Both the position numbers and the translations under genes were made by a program. Shown here in pieces: positions 39,333 through 47,939 of a stretch of 64,000 nucleotides of DNA. Under the pieces are notes generated by a model, which was given only the letters and a program-made list of their open reading frames with translations, ran no database searches and had not been told where the DNA came from. Numbering within the stretch: the first letter of the stretch is position 1; every line of letters starts with the position of its first letter. This DNA is from an uncultured SAR86 cluster bacterium. Its GTDB lineage: Bacteria > Pseudomonadota > Gammaproteobacteria > Magnimaribacterales > AG-339-G14. The stretch spans positions 5,372 to 69,371 of the forward strand of contig CACEVU010000001.1 of NCBI GenBank assembly GCA_902563105.1, written 5' to 3'.

Positions 39333-40961
39333 ATGGTTTTGTTAGATAACCTCTCAAATTTATTTTGGAGATTAATTCCCCTTTTATTTCTAACAATTTT
39401 CTTATTACCAATAATTTTTGTTTTGCTGAGTTTATTTGGAAACTTTAATGAGAATTGGGATCACTTGATTAACTATGTGTTACCAACTTATGTTTTGAAT
39501 TCCATCATCTTAGTACTGGGAGTTTCGGCGATATCGCTGGTTTTGGGAGTTGGCACGGCTTGGTTAGTGACAAACTACAAATTTTTTTGTCAAAGCTGGC
39601 TTGAATGGGCAATAATTCTTCCGCTTGCAATTCCTCCTTACATTTTAGCCTATACATTCACTGGGCTTTTCGATTCCTATGGTTCAGCAAATTTAATAAT
39701 TAAAAGTATTTTCAGCCTTTCAAACGATTATGTTTTTTTCCCCAATGTCAGAAATTTATATGGAGCAATAACTGTTTTTGCTTTTACTCTTTATCCTTAC
39801 ATTTATCTTACTACCAGAATGGCTTTTTTAAATCAGTCAAGAAGTCTGATGGAGGCAGGTAAAATACTTGGTTTAGATAATAAATCTCTATTTACGAGAT
39901 TAGCGGTTCCTTTGGTAAGACCTGCTATTGTTGCTGGCCTAGCTTTGGTAATAATGGAAACCTTATCTGATTTTGGCGCAGTAGAACATTTTGCAATACA
40001 AACTTTTACCACTGGAATTTTTAGGACTTGGTTTGGCTTGTATGATTTAAATACAGCATTGCAGCTTTCCAGCATACTTTTAATTTTTGTTGCTTTTTTT
40101 ATTGTAATCGAACGAAGGGAAAGAACGAAAATGTCCTATTCTTATGCAGCCTCAACTTTCAAAAAAACAAAACAAGTTCAGCTGAAAGGAATTAATAATT
40201 TTTTTGCTTTTAGCTTCTGTTTTTTTCCTCTTTTTATTGGTTTTATTTTGCCTGTGATTGAATTGACGAATTGGGCAATATTTTTTCCCTCTGAAAATCT
40301 ATTTTCCAAAAAATTATTACAAAGTTTTTTTAATACCATTTGGCTAGGAATTTTTGTAGGGATTATTTGCACCGTGTTTGCCATGGTCATAACTTTCCTG
40401 AAGAGATTTGATAAAGGGCGCTTATTAAGGTCTGCGAGTTTATCTCTTTCTTTGGGATATGCCTTACCAGGCTTAGTCCTAGCGGTTGGAATCATTCAAT
40501 TCTTTTCTTTTTTAGATAACGTTTTCTTAGTGAATTTTCTTGAGATATCTCTTGTTGGTTCAATTGTAGGGCTGATCTTGGCTTACGTCATAAAGGCTTA
40601 TGCCCTTGCTGACAATGCTGTTGAATCAGGCTTTGAAAGAATAAATACCAAGGTAGATGATGTCGCGTTGAGCTTAAAAAAATCAAAATTTGAAATATTT
40701 TTTAGGATTCATACTCCTTTAATGAAAACAAGCATCATAACCAGCTTGCTCTTAGTCATTTCTGAGATTATAAAAGAATTACCTGCCACACTGATTCTAA
40801 GACCTTTCAACTTTGATACCCTGGCCGTTATAACCTACATTTATGCAGCCGAAGAAAGAATGTACGAAGCAGCAAGTCCTGCCATGATGATTGTCTTAAT
40901 TGGTCTGATACCAATACTTTTTCTGTCACGCATAATCAGAGACTCAAGACCAGGAAACTGA
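39333..40961 (+). CDS. fbpB: Fe(3+) ABC transporter permease (duplicated MetI-like domains)
   Basis: 542 aa. It has two tandem permease modules of about 6 transmembrane helices each, as in FbpB/AfuB. It lies between the binding protein and the ATPase. Confidence 0.8.
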   Translation: MVLLDNLSNLFWRLIPLLFLTIFLLPIIFVLLSLFGNFNENWDHLINYVLPTYVLNSIILVLGVSAISLVLGVGTAWLVTNYKFFCQSWLEWAIILPLAIPPYILAYTFTGLFDSYGSANLIIKSIFSLSNDYVFFPNVRNLYGAITVFAFTLYPYIYLTTRMAFLNQSRSLMEAGKILGLDNKSLFTRLAVPLVRPAIVAGLALVIMETLSDFGAVEHFAIQTFTTGIFRTWFGLYDLNTALQLSSILLIFVAFFIVIERRERTKMSYSYAASTFKKTKQVQLKGINNFFAFSFCFFPLFIGFILPVIELTNWAIFFPSENLFSKKLLQSFFNTIWLGIFVGIICTVFAMVITFLKRFDKGRLLRSASLSLSLGYALPGLVLAVGIIQFFSFLDNVFLVNFLEISLVGSIVGLILAYVIKAYALADNAVESGFERINTKVDDVALSLKKSKFEIFFRIHTPLMKTSIITSLLLVISEIIKELPATLILRPFNFDTLAVITYIYAAEERMYEAASPAMMIVLIGLIPILFLSRIIRDSRPGN

Positions 40962-41620
40962 TGAAAAAAGAAATATTGAGCATTAAAGATTTATCTTTTG
41001 AATATGATAAAGATAAAGAAATCTTTTCTAAGATTAATTTAGAGATGCTCGAAGGAGAAATCTTGGGTATTTTAGGCCCTTCTGGAATTGGTAAAAGTTC
41101 TTTATTAAGGCTGATTACAGGCCTAGAAAGACCAAAAAGCGGAGAAATTTCATTTAAAGGTGAGGTGTTAAGCGGAAACAATATTTTTATTCCTGCCTAT
41201 AAAAGAGGCATTGGTCTAGTTCTTCAAGAGAAAGTTCTTTTTCCGCATCTCAATTCCTTAGACAACGTCAAATTTGGCATAAAAGGGACAAATAAAGAAA
41301 AAGAAGATCAAGCTTTATATTTTTTAAGATTACTCAAAGCAGATAAGTTTTCAAACATTTTTCCAAACTCTCTTTCTGGTGGGGAGCAACAAAGAGTAGC
41401 GATCGCCAGAGCATTGGCTCCCAAACCTGACTTGGTGCTATTAGACGAACCATTTAGCTCATTGGATCAAAACCTTAGAGGGGAATTAAGGACAGACACA
41501 AGAGAATTATTTAAAAAAACAAATACTTCTTGCATCATCGTGACTCACGAGCTTGAAGAGGCAAAATCATTTTGCGACAAAATAGTTCAATTGAAAGAGG
41601 GCAATTTCATAGAAATGTGA
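40961..41620 (+). CDS. fbpC: Fe(3+) ABC transporter ATP-binding protein, short form without a C-terminal regulatory domain
   Basis: 219 aa. It has Walker A GPSGIGKSS, the signature LSGGEQQRVAIARA, Walker B LVLLDEPFS and the H-loop IVTHE. A TGATG junction links it to fbpB. Confidence 0.8.
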   Translation: MKKEILSIKDLSFEYDKDKEIFSKINLEMLEGEILGILGPSGIGKSSLLRLITGLERPKSGEISFKGEVLSGNNIFIPAYKRGIGLVLQEKVLFPHLNSLDNVKFGIKGTNKEKEDQALYFLRLLKADKFSNIFPNSLSGGEQQRVAIARALAPKPDLVLLDEPFSSLDQNLRGELRTDTRELFKKTNTSCIIVTHELEEAKSFCDKIVQLKEGNFIEM

Positions 41621-41646
41621 CTTTCATTCTTTAGTTATAACTAATC

Positions 41647-41665
41647 GTAAATAATAATCATTCTC
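41647..41665 (+). promoter_or_regulatory. Fur box 1 upstream of the 704-aa receptor
   Basis: GTAAATAATAATCATTCTC matches the Fur consensus at 15/19 positions. Confidence 0.65.
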
Positions 41666-41666
41666 A

Positions 41667-41695
41667 TTGACAAGGTAAATGATAATCATTATCAT
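41667..41695 (+). promoter_or_regulatory. Sigma-70 promoter (TTGACA-17 nt-TATCAT) with Fur box 2 (41675-41693) over its spacer and -10
   Basis: The -35 hexamer TTGACA at 41667-41672 is a perfect match. The -10 hexamer TATCAT lies at 41690-41695. GTAAATGATAATCATTATC matches the Fur consensus at 17/19 positions. A GAGAAGGG ribosome-binding site precedes the ATG at 41728. Confidence 0.8.
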
Positions 41696-41727
41696 TTCGA
41701 CTTATTCTAAAAAGAGAAGGGTTATTT

Positions 41728-43842
41728 ATGAAAAAGTTTATTTATATTTTTGCACTTGTATTTACAACATCTGCAATTTTCACACAAGACGAAGAACTTG
41801 AAGTTAAAGGTAAGGTCCTTTACAAAGATCAAGTTAATTCGTTAAAACCTCCAGTACCGATTTTGGATGTTCCTCAATCAGTATCTGTTATTACTGACGA
41901 TGACATTAGAAACCAAGGATTTAGGCAAATAGGTGATTTAATTAGATACACTCCTGGAGTAAATACTTCTCAGGGAGAAGGTCACAGGGACGCTGTGGTT
42001 TTCCGTGGAGTTAGATCAACTGCAGACTTTTTTCAAGACGGCGTTCGTGATGATGTTCAGTACTACAGATCTTTGTACAATGTTGAACAAGTTGAAATTA
42101 TTAAGGGAGCCAATGCACTTCTTTTTGGAAGAGGTGGAACAGGTGGTTTGATTAACAGAGTTTCTAAAACAGCTCAACTTGGTGAAAGATTTGGTTCTCT
42201 GGACACTGGTGCAGATTCTTTTGGAGGAGCTGACGTTGCTCTAGATGGAAATATTGAAGTTAGCGATAATATTGCTTTCCGTTTGAACTTCCATGCTGAT
42301 TCTTTAGCAAATCATCGAAAAATTTTTCACGGTGACAGAGTTGGTGTTAATCCTACTTTAAAAATCCAAGCAAATTCTGCAACCACTATAGATTTGTCTT
42401 ATGAATATGCAGACCACGAAAGATTTATTGATAGAGGTATTCCTACTGCGAATGGTGAGCCCATTGAAGCCTTGAAGGACTTTGTCATTGGAACATCTGA
42501 TTTAAATAGAACTACATTAGAAGCAAACATTCTTAAGGGTTCTTTGACCCACGACTATGCAGACAACGGTAAGTTAAATTTTAGTGTTACTGCAAACGAC
42601 TTCAGAAAAATGTACAAAAATCTTTACGCTTCAGGCTACGCTGACGGAATTGTTACTTTAGATGGGTATTTAGATGAAACAGCTCGTGAGTCCACAGTAA
42701 TTGCGTTAAGTAATGTTAATGAATTTGACAGAGGTACTTTGGCGGTTGGTCTTGAAATTTTAGAAACAGAAAATACAAATTTCCGTTACAACACTTTCTG
42801 GTCTACTACTAAAGACGATAATGAAACATTTGCATTGACAGGTACTACTGCCAGACCACTTAATTTCAATCTTGATGCTGATGGAAACGTTACTTACGTT
42901 GATTATATTTCTGATTTAAACAACAAGTCTGATACAGATATCGAAGTAACATCTTTATACCTAACAGGAAATATTGATCTTGCCGATCAGTGGCAAATGG
43001 TCTTAGGAGCACGTTATGACGATGTAAGTGTCAAAATCAAACAATACGGTATAACTACTCCTAGTAGTGGTGCAAACGAAGGTAAAGGTGCTTTGGATGC
43101 ATCTAAGGATGATAATCAATCAAGAGATGATTCTTATGTATCACCTCGTTTGGGTTTAATTTATAAACCACAAGAAAATATGTCTTTATATCTCAGTTAC
43201 AGTGAGAGTTTCATCCCTCGTTCAGGAGAGCAATACAAAACTTTTAACGGCAAAAGCTGTGGATCAAGTAAAGTTTGTGAAAAGTTTGATCCAGATGTAT
43301 TTGAAAACACTGAAATTGGTTTTAAGTATGACATGGATAATGGCTTATCCTTAGCATTGAGCTACTTTGATATGGAACAAACTCAAGCTGCTGAAGACGG
43401 CACTGGAGGTACTGAAGTTAGAGCTCTTGCTATTGATGGATTTGAAATTTCTTTAAATGGTCAGGTAAACGACGATAATTCAATTAGATTTGGTTTATCT
43501 TCTGTTGATGCTACAAGAAATGCAGATGGAGATAAGGCTAAAGAAGTTCCTGAACTGACATACTCATTGTGGTACACACACCAAGCCAATGACATTTTTG
43601 GAATTAGCATCGGTGCAACGTATCAAGATGAATCAATCATTAACTCTGCCTCAGGACCAAAACTTCCTGACTATACAAGATTTGATATGGCTATGAGCAT
43701 TACTCCAAATGACATTGATACCGTAAGAATAAATATCGAAAATTTAACTGATGAAACTTACTTTCCTCATTCTCACTCTGATCACCAAGCATCAGTTGGA
43801 GAATCAGCTAATGTAAGAGTTTCTTACAACAGGAAGTTTTAA
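41728..43842 (+). CDS. TonB-dependent siderophore receptor (Fiu/catecholate-like type)
   Basis: 704 aa with a signal peptide. The plug motifs are VPQSVSVITDDDIRNQG, RYTPGVN, FRGVRS, VEIIKGANALLFGRGGTGGLINRVSK. The C-terminus reads ...VRVSYNRKF. Fur boxes lie upstream. Confidence 0.85.
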   Translation: MKKFIYIFALVFTTSAIFTQDEELEVKGKVLYKDQVNSLKPPVPILDVPQSVSVITDDDIRNQGFRQIGDLIRYTPGVNTSQGEGHRDAVVFRGVRSTADFFQDGVRDDVQYYRSLYNVEQVEIIKGANALLFGRGGTGGLINRVSKTAQLGERFGSLDTGADSFGGADVALDGNIEVSDNIAFRLNFHADSLANHRKIFHGDRVGVNPTLKIQANSATTIDLSYEYADHERFIDRGIPTANGEPIEALKDFVIGTSDLNRTTLEANILKGSLTHDYADNGKLNFSVTANDFRKMYKNLYASGYADGIVTLDGYLDETARESTVIALSNVNEFDRGTLAVGLEILETENTNFRYNTFWSTTKDDNETFALTGTTARPLNFNLDADGNVTYVDYISDLNNKSDTDIEVTSLYLTGNIDLADQWQMVLGARYDDVSVKIKQYGITTPSSGANEGKGALDASKDDNQSRDDSYVSPRLGLIYKPQENMSLYLSYSESFIPRSGEQYKTFNGKSCGSSKVCEKFDPDVFENTEIGFKYDMDNGLSLALSYFDMEQTQAAEDGTGGTEVRALAIDGFEISLNGQVNDDNSIRFGLSSVDATRNADGDKAKEVPELTYSLWYTHQANDIFGISIGATYQDESIINSASGPKLPDYTRFDMAMSITPNDIDTVRINIENLTDETYFPHSHSDHQASVGESANVRVSYNRKF

Positions 43843-43865
43843 TTAATTTTTAGGAGAGAGAAAAT

Positions 43866-43895
43866 TTGAGTAGTTTTTAAAAAAAAACTACTCAA
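43866..43895. other. AT-rich hairpin after the receptor gene (possible weak terminator)
   Basis: TTGAGTAG(TTTTTAAAAAAAAA)CTACTCAA. The 8-bp stem can be extended by T:A pairs. No clean 3' U-tract exists on the plus strand, and ATTTTCTC follows on the minus strand. Confidence 0.35.
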
Positions 43896-44018
43896 AACTA
43901 AAAATCAGAGAAAATATTTTAGAAAATTAGGAACTTAGAGAAGCCTTATCATTTCATCTCATGGCACGTCTCTTATCAATCCCCCTTCTAATTTTTTTAA
44001 AAGAAAATTCTTCTGTAA

Positions 44019-44042
44019 GAAACCCCGCTTTAGCGGGGTTTC
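44019..44042 (-). terminator. GC-rich hairpin immediately downstream of the ALA synthase gene
   Basis: GAAACCCCGC-TTTA-GCGGGGTTTC (written 5'->3' on the plus strand; the loop reads TAAA on the minus strand) forms a 10-bp stem 14 nt past the stop codon. The U-tract is short. The hairpin stands out in AT-rich DNA. Confidence 0.55.
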
Positions 44043-44055
44043 GTCTTTAAAGAGA

Positions 44056-45306
44056 CTAGTAAATTTTGGTAACTTGGCTAGGTATTTTAGAGGCTGAGCC
44101 TTCTCGTCTAAGACTCATTTTATTCCAAACCTGATCTATGGCTGATAAAAATCTGTCGATATCCTCTGCTTGGTGTTTAGGAGTTATGGTAACTCTAAAC
44201 CGTTCGTCACCTTTAGGTACAGTTGGATAAAAAACCGGTTGAATATATATTCCGTGATCATCTATCAAAAGGTTAGCCGCTTCTTTACAAAGCCTCGGAT
44301 CTTCCACATGTATTGGGATGATGTGACTGTCATTTTCCAAATGCGGAATATTCAAGTCTCTTAAGCCAGATCTTATTAAGTTTGAATTTATTCTAATGTC
44401 TTCTCTGAGGTGTTCTGATTTTTTTGCGATCTCAATGGCTTTAATTGAGGCTGCAGCAATGCTTGGATTAGCTGAGGAAGTGAATATGAATCCAGGAGCA
44501 AAACTTCTTACAAAATCAATAATGTCTGAACTGGCTGCTATGTAGCCTCCCATCTGACCAAAAGCTTTTGAAAGGGTTCCATTGATGATATCAATATCAT
44601 CGGAAATATCTTGTTCGTTTGCGATACCTCTGCCTTCATTCCCATAAAGGCCAACTGAGTGGACCTCATCCAGATAGGTGAGTGCATTGAATTCTTTTGC
44701 AAGAGAAACTATCTGCTTTAAAGGAGACCTGAGTCCTTCCATTGAATAAAGAGATTCTAAGACAATTAATTTGGGAACGCTTGCGTTAGAAGTATTTAAT
44801 AGCTCTTTTAAATGCCCAACATCATTATGTCGAAAAATATGACATGGGACGTTTGCATTTTTTATGCCTTGAATCATAGACGCATGATTTAGCTCGTCAG
44901 AAAAAACCTCTATACCATCTAGTTTCTTACAAAGCGTCCAGAGAGTTGACTGATTAGCTGTATATGCCGAAGGGAATATAAGACTTGATTCTTTATTGTG
45001 AAGGCTTGCTAACTCCCTTTCTAGATCAGCATGGTAAGAGGAAGTTCCTGAAATGTTTCTTGTGCCACCGGAACCAGTGCCCAATTCCTGAATAACATCA
45101 ATGGATTTTTTTATAACTTCAGGATGCTGGCTCAAATTCAAGTAATCATTGCTGCACCAGACTTCGACAGCACGTTCATTGCCTTCGAACCTTTCTGTAG
45201 CTTTTGGAAAGTGTTTTTGATCTCGGTTAATTTCTCTAAACTTTCTATAAAGACCTTGGGATTTTAATGAGGTCAACTCGTCAGAAAAATATTTTTTGTA
45301 GTTCAT
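44056..45306 (-). CDS. hemA: 5-aminolevulinate synthase (Shemin/C4 pathway, PLP-dependent)
   Basis: 416 aa. The sequence is colinear by eye with Rhodobacter ALAS. Shared motifs are VWCSNDYL, GSGGTRNISGT, LNHASMIQGI, HIFRHND, LDEVHSVGLYG, IINGTLSKAFG (PLP lysine), GGYIAAS, RSFAPGFIFTSS, SHIIPIHVEDP and GIYIQPVFYPTVPKGDERFR. Confidence 0.88.
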   Translation of the reverse strand: MNYKKYFSDELTSLKSQGLYRKFREINRDQKHFPKATERFEGNERAVEVWCSNDYLNLSQHPEVIKKSIDVIQELGTGSGGTRNISGTSSYHADLERELASLHNKESSLIFPSAYTANQSTLWTLCKKLDGIEVFSDELNHASMIQGIKNANVPCHIFRHNDVGHLKELLNTSNASVPKLIVLESLYSMEGLRSPLKQIVSLAKEFNALTYLDEVHSVGLYGNEGRGIANEQDISDDIDIINGTLSKAFGQMGGYIAASSDIIDFVRSFAPGFIFTSSANPSIAAASIKAIEIAKKSEHLREDIRINSNLIRSGLRDLNIPHLENDSHIIPIHVEDPRLCKEAANLLIDDHGIYIQPVFYPTVPKGDERFRVTITPKHQAEDIDRFLSAIDQVWNKMSLRREGSASKIPSQVTKIY

Positions 45307-45414
45307 TTCATCTCCGAATGAATTTGATGATTACTATAGACGTAAAAGCGAGCAAACAAAATAACTTCTGACAACAGGATTATAATAATATAGTTGTTTA
45401 TAATGATTGGTTAT

Positions 45415-46914
45415 ATGAATGAGTTAACTATAATTTCAAGAAAAAGTACTTTAGCTCAATATCAAGCTAGAGAAGTTTCAAAAGTTTTGAAAAAAAGCTT
45501 TCCAAAGTTAAATATTTTTTTTAAAACCAAGGAGACTACCGGGGACATCGATCTCAATACTCCTCTTCATAAAATGCCAGAAATCGGAGTATTTACTTCT
45601 GACATTAGAGAAGAGCTTATATCTGGAGAAGCAGATTTAGCAGTTCACTCTTGGAAAGATTTGCCTGTAGAACTTGAAGAAGGAACTGAAATTGCTGCGA
45701 CAATATCAAGGGCTGACTTAAGAGACGTTCTAATTTTTAAATCAGATTCTTTTGAAAAGAAAGAAATTAATATTTTTACATCTTCGCCAAGAAGACAGGA
45801 AAACTTATCAAAATTTCTGCTAAAAGCATTCCCTTTTGAAATTGATTCTTTGAATTTTCATGATGTGAGAGGAAACATACTTACTCGAGTTAATAAATTA
45901 AAAGATTCTGATTTAGACGGATTGGTAATTGCAAAAGCTGCTTTGGATAGATTGTTGTCTCTCGAGTCAGAACATGCCAATGAATTGAGCTCTTTTAAAA
46001 AAGATCTTGAAAAATTTCTTTGGATGGTGGTTCCTTCCTCACAAAATCCTTGTGCACCCGGCCAAGGAGCACTGGCCATTGAGGTTAAAACAGGAAATAA
46101 TCAAGTCATTGAAATACTCAATAAAATCAATGATTTAGATGTTTTTAAGGACGTAAGTGATGAGAGAAAGAAACTTAAGAAGTATGGCGGAGGTTGCCAT
46201 CAAAAGATTGGTGTAAGTATCGAAAATCATCCTCTTGGAAAAGTCATCACCGAAAAAGGATTAACTCCAGATGATGAGGTTATTGATAAAAGAACTTTTG
46301 TGACGTTTAAAAAAGAACAATCAAAATTCGATAAGCCTATAAAAGATTTTTATCCAAAATCAAAAAAGGATTTCAAATTATTTTCTCGCCTAAAAATTGA
46401 TGAAGGTATTGAAAAAATTAAAGAAATTAAGAATTCTGGTTTGTATATATCAAGAGCAAGTTCGCTGGAAGAAAAACCCTCAATTGATTCATCTAATGTA
46501 GTTTGGACCAGTGGTGTAGAAAATTGGTTTAAGCTGGCTAAGAAAGGTATCTGGGTAAACGGTACATCAGATAGTTTAGGGGAAGAACAATCTAAACCCA
46601 GCACATTCCTAAAAAAAGTGAAATGGTTTCTAGTTTCTCATATCGATTCAGATCCCAAAGAAAAGGAACTACTGGCAACTTATAAATTAGTTCCTGAAAA
46701 AGAAATAGAGAATTTATCTGTTTACTCTCATTTTTATTGGATGTCCGTAAGTTCATTTAAAGAGGCGCTCAAAAGATTTCCAAGTATTGAAAATGCAGAA
46801 CATTCTTGTGGTTTGGGCAAAACTTTTGACGCGTTGAATGATTTATATCCAAACAAAATAAAGCCTTTTTTAAACTACGAAGACTGGCTGGAAAAAGTAA
46901 ACGAAGCAAAGTAA
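45415..46914 (+). CDS. hemC: Porphobilinogen deaminase (HemC) with a ~200-aa C-terminal extension, putatively uroporphyrinogen-III synthase (HemD)
   Basis: HemC motifs are SRKSTLAQYQA, TTGD, GVFTSDIREEL, DLAVHSWKDLP, TSSPRRQ, VRGNILTRVNKL, APGQGALAIEV and YGGGCHQKIG (cofactor Cys). Residues from ~300 to 499 are extra. I prefer the start at ATG 45415 (MNELTII). The track ORF begins at TTG 45394. Confidence 0.85.
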   Translation: MNELTIISRKSTLAQYQAREVSKVLKKSFPKLNIFFKTKETTGDIDLNTPLHKMPEIGVFTSDIREELISGEADLAVHSWKDLPVELEEGTEIAATISRADLRDVLIFKSDSFEKKEINIFTSSPRRQENLSKFLLKAFPFEIDSLNFHDVRGNILTRVNKLKDSDLDGLVIAKAALDRLLSLESEHANELSSFKKDLEKFLWMVVPSSQNPCAPGQGALAIEVKTGNNQVIEILNKINDLDVFKDVSDERKKLKKYGGGCHQKIGVSIENHPLGKVITEKGLTPDDEVIDKRTFVTFKKEQSKFDKPIKDFYPKSKKDFKLFSRLKIDEGIEKIKEIKNSGLYISRASSLEEKPSIDSSNVVWTSGVENWFKLAKKGIWVNGTSDSLGEEQSKPSTFLKKVKWFLVSHIDSDPKEKELLATYKLVPEKEIENLSVYSHFYWMSVSSFKEALKRFPSIENAEHSCGLGKTFDALNDLYPNKIKPFLNYEDWLEKVNEAK

Positions 46915-46936
46915 GCTACGCACCTAATTACCCGAT

Positions 46937-47932
46937 ATGGCAAATTTCAAAAGAAAATATCCTCTTGCTAGGCTTAGAAGACTTAGGTCAACTAAATCTA
47001 TCAGAGCCCTTGTTGCAGAGAATAAATTATCTACAGATGATTTGATTCAGCCTATTTTTGTAAAGGAATCACTAAAACAGATGGAAGAAATAGAATCCTT
47101 AAAAGGCATTTACCGACACTCAGAGGAGAGTATTTTAAAGGAAATAGAAGATCTAGTTAAAACGGGCATTAAAGCCGTAGCTATTTTTCCTGTAATTGAT
47201 AACGATAAGAAAGATGAAAAGGGTACTGAAGCAATTAATGAAGATAATTTTCTAAATAATGTCATTAAAAAAATAAAACAAAATTTCCCAGACATCCTGG
47301 TAATTGCTGATGTGGCTCTAGATCCTTACACAACTCATGGGCACGATGGTGTATTAAATTCCGATGGTGATGTTGATAATGACGAAACGATTAAAATTCT
47401 TAGAGATCAAGCACTAAAGTTAGTTCAAGCTGGAACAGATATCATCGCTCCTTCTGACATGATGGACGGCAGGATTGGAGTTATTAGAAAAGCCTTAGAA
47501 GAAAAGGAATTTAAAAATACCTTACTTCTAGCTTACTCCGCAAAGTACAGTTCTAAGTTTTATGGCCCTTTTAAAGATGCAGTTGAGTCTGCAAAGTTTT
47601 TTGGAGATAAAACAAAAGATACTTATCAAATGGCTGTAGCAAATATTGAAGAAGCATTGCATGAAGTCGCTTTAGATATCAATGAAGGTGCAGATATAGT
47701 GATGGTTAAGCCAGGCATGCCTTATTTGGATGTCTTGAAAGCCGTTAAAGATAAATTTCAAATGCCAACTTTTGTTTATCAAGTAAGTGGAGAATATGCC
47801 ATGTTGAAAGCTGCTATTGAAAAAAAATGGTTGGGCGATGAAGTAATGTTTGAGTCTCTGCTTTCTTTTAAAAGGGCAGGCGCAGATTGCATATTAACTT
47901 ATGCCGCAAAAGAAATAGCAAAAAATCTATAA
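46937..47932 (+). CDS. hemB: Porphobilinogen synthase (ALA dehydratase), Asp-rich zinc-independent type
   Basis: 331 aa. Motifs RLRRLR, LIQPIFV, DVALDPYTTHGHDG (Asp-rich instead of the Cys-rich Zn site), PSDMMDGR, YSAKYSS, VKPG and YQVSGEY are present. Confidence 0.92.
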   Translation: MANFKRKYPLARLRRLRSTKSIRALVAENKLSTDDLIQPIFVKESLKQMEEIESLKGIYRHSEESILKEIEDLVKTGIKAVAIFPVIDNDKKDEKGTEAINEDNFLNNVIKKIKQNFPDILVIADVALDPYTTHGHDGVLNSDGDVDNDETIKILRDQALKLVQAGTDIIAPSDMMDGRIGVIRKALEEKEFKNTLLLAYSAKYSSKFYGPFKDAVESAKFFGDKTKDTYQMAVANIEEALHEVALDINEGADIVMVKPGMPYLDVLKAVKDKFQMPTFVYQVSGEYAMLKAAIEKKWLGDEVMFESLLSFKRAGADCILTYAAKEIAKNL

Positions 47933-47939
47933 TCTTTCT

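Noticed and set aside
43961-44050. 29-codon plus-strand ORF (MARLLSIPLLIFLKENSSVRNPALAGFRL) in the 213-bp spacer after the siderophore-type receptor.
   Set aside because: It has no ribosome-binding site, and its 3' half is the GC-rich terminator hairpin of the ALA synthase gene. It is most likely non-coding.
45307-45414. Fur or other iron-responsive operator in the divergent ALA synthase / hemC promoter region.
   Set aside because: The best candidate (TATAATGATTGGTTATATG) matches the Fur consensus at only about 11/19 positions. That is not distinguishable from AT-rich background by eye, so it is not reported as a site.
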